A stretch of 57,461 bases of DNA, counting the filler, from Platydemus manokwari (taxonomy: Eukaryota): assembly GCA_037951405.1 (NCBI GenBank). It is 5 parts of 5 records of this genome, joined end to end, with 100 filler letters (N's around TTAATTAATTAA, not from the genome) between each part and the next. Parts side by side here need not be neighbours in the genome. Positions count along the whole stretch, not along the records: positions 40,663 to 57,461 come from JBBMOY011141437.1; 4 more parts are not named here. One strand, given 5' to 3'. Position 1 is the stretch's first letter. The number at the start of each line of letters is the position of its first letter. Positions 40,563 through 52,640 of this stretch are shown here, piece after piece. Below the pieces are notes generated by a model that was given only the letters and a program-made list of their open reading frames with translations, did not search any database and was not told the origin of the DNA. The translations under genes and the position numbers were made by a program.

Positions 40563-40662
40563 NNNNNNNNNNNNNNNNNNNNNNNNNNNNNNNNNNNNNN
40601 NNNNNNTTAATTAATTAANNNNNNNNNNNNNNNNNNNNNNNNNNNNNNNNNNNNNNNNNNNN
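40563..40662. other. Artificial contig spacer N44-TTAATTAATTAA-N44
   Basis: Same construct as at 10978. Confidence 0.97.
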
Positions 40663-42099
40663 AAAATCGTAAAAAAGATTTAAAACGCGTCGAATAATTA
40701 AATTAATTGGACATTGGGGTAATCAACATGTGGGAGATTATCGAATGTAATGACTATTTTAATTAATCTGATTAGTTTGACTATAACTCTTTCATATTTA
40801 TAAGGTTTAAAAGCTTGAATTTTAACAATTTGTTGGAATGTTATTAGATAAGAGAACTCTTAATGGGGCCTAATAACCCAGAGGGATAATTATGTGAAGC
40901 TCCAAATTTGCCCTGATAAAGACAAACTTTTAAATTGAGATAATATTTGTATTTATGTCGCACTATTAAAAATACACGATTGATTCCAATCAATCAAGGA
41001 TTAAAGGTTGATTAAAAAAGAGAAATGACCTCAAAACTCGAAAAAAATTGATTATTCGAAGTTTTTAGATAATTGAAATATATATTTCAGAATATACAGG
41101 TAGTAATATATTCCGTGATTATTTTAAGTAATTCGCAAATGTGATTGCTTTTACATTCTTTAAATCAGGGATTTTTAAGTTCTTTCGTATATTTTTCTTT
41201 GATTAATATTTTTACTTTGTTAATTAATTTAGCTATTATTTTATTTATTTCACCTATAATACCTATGGATTATAATTTATTCTACATTTGTCTCACTAGT
41301 TTTATTACTTTAGTAGTTTTCGTCTTTTTCCGAAAAGAATAAAAGGAAAAAATAAAAAATACATAAGAAATACACCATAAATATTTATACACTGATAATA
41401 TAAATTGAATGAAATTCAAAGGCTGACTAAAGATGGATTAGATTCACCGAAAAATCTTATATATTAAAATGTTATTATCACATCATGAGGCATATTTTGA
41501 AATTGACGATTTTTGAACTCAATATTGGGAATGTGATAAAATTGAGATTTTGAGTGATAAAATGATTGATTCTCTCTAAGGAAATTGAGATTTATATAAT
41601 AATTAATATTGATTGATGTTGCCGGGTTGAAATTCCATCGCTGTGCTAAATGTGTGATTTTAAATGTTGACGGAACCTGAGTCTAAAACTAATATGATTT
41701 AAAGAAAAAATTGAATAAATATATTTTACACACTTTTATTAAAAATAAACTAAAATCAAAAGAATAATGTATTGAGAATGGTAGGTTTCCGAGAAAATAA
41801 CAAAGCATTAGCTTCTGAAAATCTAGAGTTTCAACATTTTGCTTACATGTAAGCCTACACCTGTGAACAAAGTGACGGTAAGAATGTGACAATTTTAGCC
41901 TATAATAGTATTTTGCATGAAATTTTTTTATGATTGTAATTCTTGAAAGTTTGTGAAAAAAAGAAATTAATACAATAACTAAAATAATAACCTGCAATTC
42001 AACATAGATATTAATTACAAAAACCCATTAAAAATTCCGTCAGAATAACTTATCATTTTAAACAAACCCTAATAAAATAATGCTAACAAATTAATAGAC

Positions 42100-42900
42100 T
42101 TACATTATCGGTCTTAATAAATTAAGCCATGAAAAAGTGCCAGTGATTGGAACATTCAGTGTTCTAATGGTCAACCATATAAAGCTTCTGCTTTATTTAT
42201 GATTTCTCATTGTGTGATCTTGTTTTCAGGGTTAGACTATTTTTCGCTATCTTGAATCTGTCTTTTATTTTCTGTACTCCTTCCGAATCGGTCTGTTATA
42301 TCAGATATTGAGTTGTATTTTTCTCTTCATCCTATTTAGTTCTGCAAAACCTTCTTCTTCCAGCAAAGCCCTATTCCAAATATCTTTAGAAATCCTATTA
42401 TGGTTATTTTATTTGGAGTCGTGTATAATACCACTATGAATGATATCATTTTTATTTGTTCTCCCATATCGACCTTTATACCAAATACTGCTTGTTTATT
42501 ATTGTTGGTGCAGAGCAAGCTTGCCTTAGTGTATCCTATCTCTACTTGTTTCACTGTTCCCAATATCTTTCTACTTCTGACGTTTAATCTCAAATGCATA
42601 TCTATAATAATGAATTCTAAATATTAAAAGTCATGCGCGCCATTCCTTCCATCTTAACGTATGATACTTTAAGGTTTTTCAGCTTCGTACTCTGTATACT
42701 TACAACTAGACTCTTTCCAAGGCTAACTACTAAAATATTAAATATAATTCTTACTTTAGCCTGTAGTCTGGTAAAATGGCAACTTATTTTCCGTTGGAAT
42801 TCAAGGGCAGTCGTCTTATATCGCGTATTTAAGCTGTAATTCAAAATTAATTCAACAATTATTATTTTGATTATTTTTATAAAATGCACAAATCTTGTAA
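42100..42900 (-). mobile_element. RTE-like LINE RT remnant
   Basis: ORF fragments RLQAKVRIIFNIL (cf. GVRQG...LFNI) and QAVFG...VVLY (cf. A..AF...LY), with a WLTI/WFGH-like block downstream. Confidence 0.4.
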
Positions 42901-44853
42901 TATTAAATTTCATGAGAAAAAGTAGTTTTATTATTAAAGATTGTAAGAAAATAAATTAGTTTTATAATTAGATTTCATTGATTAATTTTATATCGAAATT
43001 CGGAATACTGACATATTTTAGGATAAAAGAATAAACTTTATATTTAAATTTTAATCATTTTATTTGTCATCTTCGTTCAAAATGGATTTTATCACGAGAG
43101 GTAAGTCATTTTATTTGTCTTTTTTAATTTTATCATATGTAATTACTTTTGTTAATTATGGTCATTTAATTATAACTTTTTAGAGATTAATAATTTAATA
43201 GTATATTATTTCTTTATCATACGTCTTGCATTCCTCATTTTCAATCATGGAAAATCAATACACAACTAAAATACTGTTATATATTAAGCTCCTTATAATA
43301 TTTATATAAAACTAAGCATCATTGTCACCATGAATGACAAACAAAAAGATATCAAAATATAAACACAAAAATAAGTCGCAAGAAATTCAACGTTGTTAAA
43401 TTGAAGTTGTTTATGAAATTGGTATTACTTTTGAAATTGAATAAATTATCAAGGCTACTTTCTAGTTTGATTTCGATTGAATAAAAGCCATACATTTCAG
43501 AATTAGAATTAAGACTTTTTAACTGACAGATATTGATGTTTACTGGTGTTTTGCATACATACCTCACAATTGGAATTGGTGTTTGGGATATTGAAAATTA
43601 GAAATCAAGAAAAATGGATTTTGATATTATTTCGTCAATGAAACATTATATACATCATAAAATTTTATTATACTCTAAGATTAGGAATCAATCCATTATA
43701 TGTCAGAGATATCAAATAAATTATCATAATGATTAATTTTCTAATAAAATATTATTAATTTCTTACATTTTAAATATATATTACAATTCTGGAAAAACTA
43801 GGCAAAAATGTTGAATATGTGGATCTGGGATGCAATCAAACCACATCAAAAATATGGATTGAATTAGATTCGTAATAGATCTGGATCATCTTTTTGATAT
43901 CTTTGCTGCATTATTAGATTTAAGATTTTATTGATTTCGATATTTAATATTATAAATGACCAATTTTTCTACTAGAGTCATGAATATAATTTAGTTGAAC
44001 ATTTTTTGAATTTTTCTTAGATTACTTTAAGCCGATATTATATAAGAATATTTATGAAATCTATTTCATTTTCTGAAATCTAGTTGGCACCTTGTAGAAT
44101 AATTATTTAATTTGATTATCATAACGTAATACGATTAAATTAATATTTAAGTATAATTATTAATAATTTAATAATTAATAAGTAAATACTATCCATATAT
44201 AAGATTAAAATCAATTGTATATGTACATCTTCTTTTATTAAAATTTAACTAAGTCTAAATTATATTAAATTCTACGTTAATTACAGTCGAGTTGAGGTTT
44301 TTTCGACTGATTCAGTGCCTTTATTTCCCAAAATGGTAAATTGTCAATTTTTAATTTAATTCCTTTTTCTTAAGCTTAAGCAGAGAAATTATTTAGCACT
44401 AAATGTGTTGATTAAGCTTTACTATTAAAAATTATTTTTTGTTAAAATTATAAAAATAATTTATAAATTTGTAGAATTTGTCCATGAAAAATTAAAAGTT
44501 TAATAATAATGGAGAAATGATCTTCAATTTATCAGATTTATCTAATATTTGAAATTTATGGTAAATTGATTGTATTTATGTATATCTTGAAATTTCAAAA
44601 TTACGATTTATTCATTTGAACTGACTTTAATGCTATTTAATTTTTAGTGAAATACCTATATAAAAGATCAGTGAAACGAAATTTTGTTTATATATTTCAA
44701 AAAATATTTTGTAAATCTCGGATTATAAATACTATGATTGAATTAAAATTAATTATTTATTAAATTATCATTCTTATATAATTAAATTATTGTTAATCGT
44801 AATTTTTAACATGGATTTTATTTGTAGATTATTAAAACTTGTCACAACGTATT

Positions 44854-47800
44854 ATGAGTTGTTACCCATCATTAGAAACGCATCCTTTAAAATGTTTAAA
44901 ATTAACAGAAGGTTATAACTCACAAAAAGTAATACTTGGTCCACCAGATGTGTACCAACAAGAATATAAACAAAAGGAAGATTTACTCACAGAAGCCAAT
45001 GTTAGAGAAGGATTTAATTGCAGTAAACCTATACCAGAAGAGCATGATTCTGCGAAGGATATTGGGTTTGATTTCGTATCAAAGCCATTTCTTTCAGATT
45101 TAAATAATTATATGCAAGCGGTTATTGTAAAAAGTCATAATAACAATATCAAGCAAGATACTACAAAACGAAAAGCAACAGTTACAACTATATATAAGGA
45201 TTTGCAATGCATACCAGCATTAGATAAATCGAAAGAAATCATTCAAGATTGGATGCTTAATTTATCAGATACAGTGCAATATTCGGAATTGATTAATAAA
45301 CGAATACCTTATTTCCATAAAAAGGAAGATGTTCTGAAAGAAATTTTTCGTTATCAAGTACCAATTACTCGTGCCATCTGGTTCATTAAAGTCAGTGCAA
45401 TGCATGCAACAATTCAAGCGGAAAGCAACAAAAAGAAAACCCGTTCCAACGTCGACAGTTCATCAGATTGGGTTATGAGTTTTACAAAGAATTTGTCGGA
45501 GAAATTGGATATAATCCGCTCGAAATTAGCACGTAACAATATCGATCATGAATATGATATGGCTGTTTCGGAATTCGAATATCTGATGCGATTGATGGTG
45601 GCCATGTATGATGAGGATCTACTCGACCATACCGAAGTCCTTCAATGGCTCGTCGTTCACAATGAACGTTGTGCTGACGATGAGCAAGTCATGAAGTTTT
45701 ATTTGCCATTTCTCTTGTATTTCGGAGATCGATTTAAGGAGAGTGAATTTCTGACGAGACGATTATTGTACGGTGCTTGTCACAGCTTGAATGCTCTTTT
45801 AACCAATAATAAAAACATCGATCGTCCAATAACGGATTATTATAGCGAATATTCCAATTGTCCACTCCATCGAACAGTGATATTCTGTCTCAGTGGATTG
45901 ATCATTTCGTTGAGTTTGCAATGTCCGTGTGCAGTCATCTGGAACAATGTCAAAATTCACGGTCACCATTTGAATGGTTCACCATTGGATATTTTACCGT
46001 GTTCACTCACAGCTCTACCGACACCGCCAGGACAAGAGAATAATATCAATCGAGAAACCGTAGCGAAATTGGAACAATTCATTCTCCAGAGAAGTTTATC
46101 CGTGGAGAATCAATGGAAACACGAATCATTCGAATGTCCAATCGAACAGACGGCAGCCAGTTTGATTAAAGTGTTGGATTTACTGGATAGATATGATTAT
46201 AATTGCTATAAAGATTCCAATGCTATTGAAACATTGTGTTCGTCAATTATCAATTCCGTTGACGATCAATCGCTTCTGTTAATGTTATTGTGCGAATGGG
46301 CTGTGACACCATTACGAACTGGACCTCATCGACCAATCATAGTGGCCAACGTCATTGAACATTTACATCATCAAATGCAACAATCGCTCCACAATTGTCT
46401 CATTCAATTTCTCGATACTAAAGCACCCAATATCGATTCGACAACCAGTTGTGACAGCGAACCGTTTCGCAGTCTCGTCTGTTTGTTTGGCGAATTGATT
46501 GAGCGCGAGATTTTCTTTCCCAACGAATATATGAGCTACATGATTGCTCGAGGATTGTTTGAATCTGTGCCCAATTTGCCCTTGCCTCCAATTGGTGGAT
46601 TCGGTATGGTGAATATGTCATGCAAATCGCCTGAACCCGATCGCAATTCAACCGATAATCCCGATTCGGTTCGATCAGAATGTAGTGGATATAATCAATT
46701 ATTACCACCGATTCCCACTGTTGATTATCGCCAATATAATCGCCATTTACAATATCTCATGCATTTTCCCATTCCACAAAATGACGATTATCTCCACGAA
46801 CACAATTTACGAACACAGAAACTCTACTCGTCATCGCGAACGCGAGATGCCAACAAGCAATTTTTACGACGATTGGCCAAAGATATTGGCAAACTGTTTT
46901 CCAAACGCGGTTACATGTTTGATGTGATTCAAATCGAAAAAGTTCGCAAAAAATCTCGCCGAGAACCGCGAGAAGAATCGCAAATGATCGACAGATTGGC
47001 CGAATCGATTCAATGTCGATTTCGATCACTGACATATTACGATATGGAATGTGTTTTATCGCAATGTTTACCCACTTGTGTCAATGCTTTGAATATTATT
47101 TCCATTCTCGGCAATAAACTCCAATCGATGAGCAATATGTTTCTGCCATATCCGAAAATAATCAATACTTTGTTATGCTTGATTGAACAATCATGCAATT
47201 ACACTTCACTCATCCGTATCATCGATGAATGCTCATTCAATCTGACGAAATTAATCGATCATTTCATTCGATCGGGAGTGTTGAATAATTTCTCCTATGT
47301 TGCCACATATTGTTCCCATTTCCGCATGTATATCATTGGATTTTTACTCAAATATCAATCGATTCTCATGTTCATGAATGAATCTCGTAGCCGAATATTT
47401 CAAACGCTTTTCTACATGGTTCGTCATGTTCCACCGGCAGGCTCAGCAGCACAGGTCTACATTAACCGTTGCACGCTTTTTCTCATTTATACGCTCTACC
47501 AATCGTGCTCAATTTTAAAATCCCAATCGAATTTTTCCCCATTCATCAAAAAGGTCGAATCGACATTGTTTCGAGTGATTAAACCCGACCGTGAACGGAG
47601 TTCGAGTATTGAATATTTGGAAAATATTGGCAATGATTTATTGAAAAACAATATCATGTCATCTCCGGATTTGATTACAGAATTGCAGAATAATGTTTCG
47701 GTTCGATTGAGTTTCGTTGTGAATTGTATATTGCATATTTCCCATTGTACCGATATCGATCAATTGATGCGTATCAATACATTGATTGTTGACACAGCAG

Positions 47801-50691
47801 TCAATGTTCACAGTTTAGGTGGTGAATGGATGACAGCAATTTATAGTTTATTAATGCCATTCAATGCTTTACCCGGCTATGAAGCATTTGCCAATCAATT
47901 CAATTCGTTTTTAATTTCCAACGATCTGGTGTTCTATGAAAATATTTCCGCACTGATTGCTACGCTGTTAGCTCGACAATGTTTTACATTTATTGATTTT
48001 CTCAGCAAAGTCATTTGCGTTGTCATGGCACAAGGCATCGATCAACAATCAATGGTGAATCAAACCATTGTTCCAACAACGCGATTGGCTAGTTATATTC
48101 TGTTTCGTTTATTCACAATGGAACAGTTGCCATCACCGAATTCGTCAGCATTTAAAATCGAAGATGTCAATTTGTTGACGTCATCACTGCAGAAAGTATC
48201 GACGGAATTGTTGGTGGATTTATTGAAAATGTTAGCCGTTCACAGTGACAAAGGTCGTCTACAAGATCAGGATATTTTCGATTTAACGGAAAACAATCAA
48301 ATCTCGTTCGGACCTCCATTCAAGCGCAATCGAGACCATTCGACAGATGGTGATGAAAATTTTGCCAATATGCGCATTTGGAATTTCACATTGCGAGTAT
48401 TGAGAGAGATTTGCTGTGTGTCATGGGTTCGGATAAAATTCTCCCAAGAAACACCATCGAGATTAATTCGTGACAATGTTCTCATCGATAAAAATATTTC
48501 CAACAGTCAAGCGAGAAATCTGTTGAATATCATTTGTCATCCCAAAGATCATCTGTGGCAAACGAGCTGCACCAGTCGGGACATTATCGAAACAATGAAC
48601 AAAACATTCACCAATCTCAATCTATGGTCGTTGCATTTCGATCAAATGAAAATCCAATTGCTTCTCACCCAGATTCCCGAAGATGAACGGAAGGATGTGA
48701 TCGAAAATGTATCGAAAGATATCATCAATCTGTTTAAAAACCAAGCCGAACATCAAATCAGTCAACAGGAAGAATTCAACGAGGAACCGAAATCCACTCA
48801 ATCGATTGAAATCAATTCCGCATATCTGATTCCATCATTAATCAATAAATTACCATTCGATAATTTCAAACGTCAATTGATTCTGGCTGCATCGGAAAAA
48901 TTGGAGAGTGGCAAACATTTTTGTACGCATAAAAATTATCAAGACAAAGAAAACGATCTGACGAAAAGCTCATTGATATTGACATATCCACCGTTCATTT
49001 CGTTGTTGGTTGTTTGTTTAGCCAAAGATGAAAACAAACAGGAATTTCTGAAATCTCTTGCTGATCAAATCGAATATTATATCGATAATGCCAAAGAAAC
49101 GGAAAAAATGCCCGATGATTTACGAGTGAAACATTTAATCCATACGACCATGAAATCTCGATTGGCATTGGTCGGTTATTTGTTTGAACGAATTCAAGAT
49201 TCAGTGGAATTAATCAGTGATTGGTGTTTGTTGTTGAGTAAATTGATTATTTATGGTGTTGTGGAATTACATTCTGACCATTCACAATTGTTTTATACTG
49301 TACTCGATATGATTAGCACACTCGTTCATTCACTTTATTCACATCCAAATGTTGGATTACGATTTTCACAAACCATCAAAAAATTACGAAAGGAAATCTG
49401 TGATAAATTGAATTATGAAGGTGTGGAATTAATTAAACCGTTTCTGTTGCCGTGTTTTAAAAATACATATGATGTTGTTGTGACTGTTCCATTGCGAATG
49501 CCTCACAAATCACAACAACATCGATTAACGATTGCTGAAAAAAGTGGTAAACAAGGCTGTGCCGTCCAGAGAAAAGAACGAATCAATCCATGGGAAGTGA
49601 TTGAAGGAATTAAAAATCTCTTTTCATTGTCTTGGTTTGCTGCTGTTAGTTGTGATACACCGGTGTTACCGATCGAAGAACAGGCTAATCTGATGATTGG
49701 TCACGATCATCCGGATAAACTTGTACATGCTGATTCGTATTATACCACAAATCCAGAGATTCCACATGAAGAAATCAAAGATCCCAGCACAGAATCGATG
49801 GATATCATCAATACCAGCGGTCCACCGAGTGTACAAACGAATAGTTTGGACAATATTCGTGATAATAACAATCCTGGAAGTGTTAAAGTTGTTCAAGAAG
49901 GCTCGATAATGCAACCCGTTCAACGACCGCGTAGTAATGCCAGTTCCGGTGTTAGTACCACTAAAAAGGGAAAGAAAACCAAACGATCTAATCAATCTAA
50001 TAACGTTCAAACCAATCATTTCATGCCGAGAAATGTGCCATCGCCCAGTCAGAATATGATGATGCGTCATTCTGGCATGCCAATGGTTCCTCCCAGTGGA
50101 CCAATAGTCATGTCTCTTCCACATGGTTATCCCGGTCAAACGATGGATTATACCAATTATCCATCACATCAAATGGGAATGGTCGATTTGCAACAACATG
50201 GAGGATATATGCCAAGGCAACATTTCACTCAGAATGTCTTTGATGCTGGTAGATCGGGTGGTATCAATATTGTGAGACAAAATCGTGTTCATCGACCAAA
50301 TATTGTCACACAAACATTGAAATCTAAACTTCAACAAAGACAGCCATCACAAGATCAGAATATGCATTCATCATTTCATAACAATACTCAACAACAACAA
50401 ACCATTGGATTGCCACCACCATATCCTAACAACTCAAACCCCACCGGTCATGATGATATGAATAATGTGACATCTGTTGTACCGAGTGGTAATTATTCCA
50501 ATATCAATAATATCAACAATTATCCAATATCAAGACCATATCCCGATAATTCCATGCAACAATATATGGTACAACAACATCAACATCAACAACATCAGCA
50601 GCAACAACACCAGCAACAACAACAACAACAGCAGCAACAACAATCACGAATTCATTCCCAACAATATAATCGTTACAATGGTCAATTTTAA
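44854..50691 (+). CDS. MED12: Mediator of RNA polymerase II transcription subunit 12 (about 1945 aa, single coding exon)
   Basis: Uninterrupted ORF. N-terminal Med12 motifs LGPPDVYQQEYKQKEDLLT...EGF and IPYFHKKEDV...VPITRAIWFIK; GSPLDILPC; the LCEWAV signature; LFGELIE; INPWEVIEG; Pro/Gln/Asn-rich and poly-Q C-terminus. First in-frame ATG is at 44854; the ORF-track TTG at 44839 follows an in-frame TAA at 44833. A 3' splice acceptor (tttgtag, ending 44827) lies in the 5' UTR. Confidence 0.96.
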   Translation: MSCYPSLETHPLKCLKLTEGYNSQKVILGPPDVYQQEYKQKEDLLTEANVREGFNCSKPIPEEHDSAKDIGFDFVSKPFLSDLNNYMQAVIVKSHNNNIKQDTTKRKATVTTIYKDLQCIPALDKSKEIIQDWMLNLSDTVQYSELINKRIPYFHKKEDVLKEIFRYQVPITRAIWFIKVSAMHATIQAESNKKKTRSNVDSSSDWVMSFTKNLSEKLDIIRSKLARNNIDHEYDMAVSEFEYLMRLMVAMYDEDLLDHTEVLQWLVVHNERCADDEQVMKFYLPFLLYFGDRFKESEFLTRRLLYGACHSLNALLTNNKNIDRPITDYYSEYSNCPLHRTVIFCLSGLIISLSLQCPCAVIWNNVKIHGHHLNGSPLDILPCSLTALPTPPGQENNINRETVAKLEQFILQRSLSVENQWKHESFECPIEQTAASLIKVLDLLDRYDYNCYKDSNAIETLCSSIINSVDDQSLLLMLLCEWAVTPLRTGPHRPIIVANVIEHLHHQMQQSLHNCLIQFLDTKAPNIDSTTSCDSEPFRSLVCLFGELIEREIFFPNEYMSYMIARGLFESVPNLPLPPIGGFGMVNMSCKSPEPDRNSTDNPDSVRSECSGYNQLLPPIPTVDYRQYNRHLQYLMHFPIPQNDDYLHEHNLRTQKLYSSSRTRDANKQFLRRLAKDIGKLFSKRGYMFDVIQIEKVRKKSRREPREESQMIDRLAESIQCRFRSLTYYDMECVLSQCLPTCVNALNIISILGNKLQSMSNMFLPYPKIINTLLCLIEQSCNYTSLIRIIDECSFNLTKLIDHFIRSGVLNNFSYVATYCSHFRMYIIGFLLKYQSILMFMNESRSRIFQTLFYMVRHVPPAGSAAQVYINRCTLFLIYTLYQSCSILKSQSNFSPFIKKVESTLFRVIKPDRERSSSIEYLENIGNDLLKNNIMSSPDLITELQNNVSVRLSFVVNCILHISHCTDIDQLMRINTLIVDTAVNVHSLGGEWMTAIYSLLMPFNALPGYEAFANQFNSFLISNDLVFYENISALIATLLARQCFTFIDFLSKVICVVMAQGIDQQSMVNQTIVPTTRLASYILFRLFTMEQLPSPNSSAFKIEDVNLLTSSLQKVSTELLVDLLKMLAVHSDKGRLQDQDIFDLTENNQISFGPPFKRNRDHSTDGDENFANMRIWNFTLRVLREICCVSWVRIKFSQETPSRLIRDNVLIDKNISNSQARNLLNIICHPKDHLWQTSCTSRDIIETMNKTFTNLNLWSLHFDQMKIQLLLTQIPEDERKDVIENVSKDIINLFKNQAEHQISQQEEFNEEPKSTQSIEINSAYLIPSLINKLPFDNFKRQLILAASEKLESGKHFCTHKNYQDKENDLTKSSLILTYPPFISLLVVCLAKDENKQEFLKSLADQIEYYIDNAKETEKMPDDLRVKHLIHTTMKSRLALVGYLFERIQDSVELISDWCLLLSKLIIYGVVELHSDHSQLFYTVLDMISTLVHSLYSHPNVGLRFSQTIKKLRKEICDKLNYEGVELIKPFLLPCFKNTYDVVVTVPLRMPHKSQQHRLTIAEKSGKQGCAVQRKERINPWEVIEGIKNLFSLSWFAAVSCDTPVLPIEEQANLMIGHDHPDKLVHADSYYTTNPEIPHEEIKDPSTESMDIINTSGPPSVQTNSLDNIRDNNNPGSVKVVQEGSIMQPVQRPRSNASSGVSTTKKGKKTKRSNQSNNVQTNHFMPRNVPSPSQNMMMRHSGMPMVPPSGPIVMSLPHGYPGQTMDYTNYPSHQMGMVDLQQHGGYMPRQHFTQNVFDAGRSGGINIVRQNRVHRPNIVTQTLKSKLQQRQPSQDQNMHSSFHNNTQQQQTIGLPPPYPNNSNPTGHDDMNNVTSVVPSGNYSNINNINNYPISRPYPDNSMQQYMVQQHQHQQHQQQQHQQQQQQQQQQQSRIHSQQYNRYNGQF
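50570..50643 (+). repeat. CAA/CAG/CAT repeat encoding the MED12 poly-Q (OPA-like) tract
   Basis: QQHQHQQHQQQQHQQQQQQQQQQQ in the MED12 frame. Confidence 0.9.
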
Positions 50692-51299
50692 TTTCTTAAC
50701 ATCATGTTTTATTTGGTTTTGTAAACACATATTAGTTATGATTGTAAATATATAATTCACATTGTTTGCCAATTGATATTTTTGAAGAGATGAATAATAT
50801 ACATTTTATTGTCTTTTTGTTGATAATTTTTATTGATAATATTATCATTATATTTGAATGATATAATAATCATATATTATTATAATAATCTGGATCGTCT
50901 GTTTATTAGGTTATTCGATAAATAATAATTAATGTGTTTATCATAATATATAATTAATGTCAATAATCATGGAAACATTTATATAAATATAATATCAATA
51001 ATTCCAAAAAATTCAAGACCAACTCGTTAAAACAATATTCTAAATATGATCTATTTTATTTCTGTTATCAACTTTCTTTAAGTTACTTTATCGATAATTG
51101 TTTGAGTTAAAGTCTACCAATGTAAGAATGTCCAAATAAATTCCAATAGCTTTGAAGATTCCATAATACCTCAAAATAATGAATTAATATGAAATTTTCT
51201 TCAAAAATCCAAGGCCCTCCTAAAAATAGAAAACAAAAATAATTTATTAATTCTAAAAATAGAAATTTAATAGTTACAAAAATAGTATAAAGAAAGTGC

Positions 51300-51790
51300 A
51301 ATAATAATCTAAAAAATGATAAGCCAGGAAAGATAAAATTAACTTATTATACTGAAAAGCCTATAAATTATTGGTAAACTCTACTATCGACAACGTTGAC
51401 AAATTTTAAATCTATTGATTTTTTAAAGCAAACCAACTACTTCATCTACGAGAAATTTAAGTATTGTCTGAATCAGGAAGTTTATTTAAAGCCGTTCCTG
51501 TGTAAACAAAGTACATCAACTAAAAGGAGACATTATTTTTTCCTTTGCAACGTGGAACCAGTAATTTTATTATGTTATAAATTTTTATAATTAATTATGT
51601 CAACGTTAGTGATAAATATTTTCATCATTGCAATTAACAGCGTTTGCACCCCGCCCAACCACGATTTCATTAAAGTTTAGCTTTATTAAATTATTGGAAT
51701 CTTTCTTTATAGTTGCCAGCTATCTTCAATTCTTAACAAAGGACCTTGCAGCTCTTCGCATAAGGATCTAATAACATATCTAATAATAAA
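51300..51790 (+). mobile_element. CR1/L2-type LINE 3' fragment with 3' UTR and A-rich tail
   Basis: STKRRHYFF...ATWNQ (cf. RRHFFS.RV...WN.L); tail homologous to the copy at 30540-30625; followed by taataataaaaaaaa. Confidence 0.6.
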
Positions 51791-52089
51791 AAAAATATTT
51801 GAAATTCTTTTAGTAAATATGAAAGATACATAGCTAAATTAATTTTTACTTTACTGGATCTTCTGACCATGCTTTAGAAATCCATAACCAAGTCCAGCTA
51901 ATCTAAGGAAAGGCCTCAGTGGTTATCATGCCAAGTTAAGCTTTTGGAATCTAAACTTGTTGAAATAAATTATATATAACTTGAACCTTTCCAATATGTT
52001 GTGTCCTCACAATTCATTAAAACCCTTTGGAAGATCAATTATATTAAAATGGTATACTCGTATCAAATACAAATAAATCCATCATTTAT

Positions 52090-52640
52090 ATACACGCGTA
52101 TGCAAGTACGTGCGAAACATTTATTTTACATTGATCAATAGACATTTGATAATAAAAATGTATAATTTTATCGATCCATCAACTAATATCTTTTTAATTA
52201 AATCCTGTCCTTTAAGCTTTGATTTAGCACTTAAATGAACAAATCTAACAAAGTCAAATTATAATACCACAGTCAGGTATAGTTAGTGATTAAAGTGAAA
52301 TGGTCTCGTTTAGCAGGAAATTGATCAAACAGATTCCTTTCTGCATGAAATATTACACCAGTTTTTATAAATGAAGTGGTAATTATTGGAATTGATGAAG
52401 ATCTTTTTAACATGTTGGAATTTGGGCCGGTTCAAGTTTGGGGTTGCAACAAATTCACATCGTACCGCACAGAGTAGTTGAAATAACTGGAAAAGTATGA
52501 CAAAACCACAAAACATTTAGAAAAGAAGACAATAACACCTGAAAAAGTAAGACTGCACGTCGTCTCTCATGCAAATCGATCAAGAACTACAGAATTTTTG
52601 GAAATGCAGGTCTCTAACATGAACAGTTAACCATGTATTT
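52090..52640 (+). mobile_element. Decayed Tc1-like transposase
   Basis: VFINE (cf. VIFSDE), FGPVQVWGC (cf. GGSVMVWGC) and KEDN (cf. QQDN), in order. Confidence 0.45.

Noticed and set aside
44839-44853. ORF-track start at TTG 44839
   Set aside because: This is a eukaryotic gene; the first in-frame ATG is 44854 and homology begins there.
45858-50755. Short ORFs overlapping MED12 on either strand (for example 49666..50139, 157 aa)
   Set aside because: Shadow ORFs of a long, GC-richer CDS, with no recognisable motifs.
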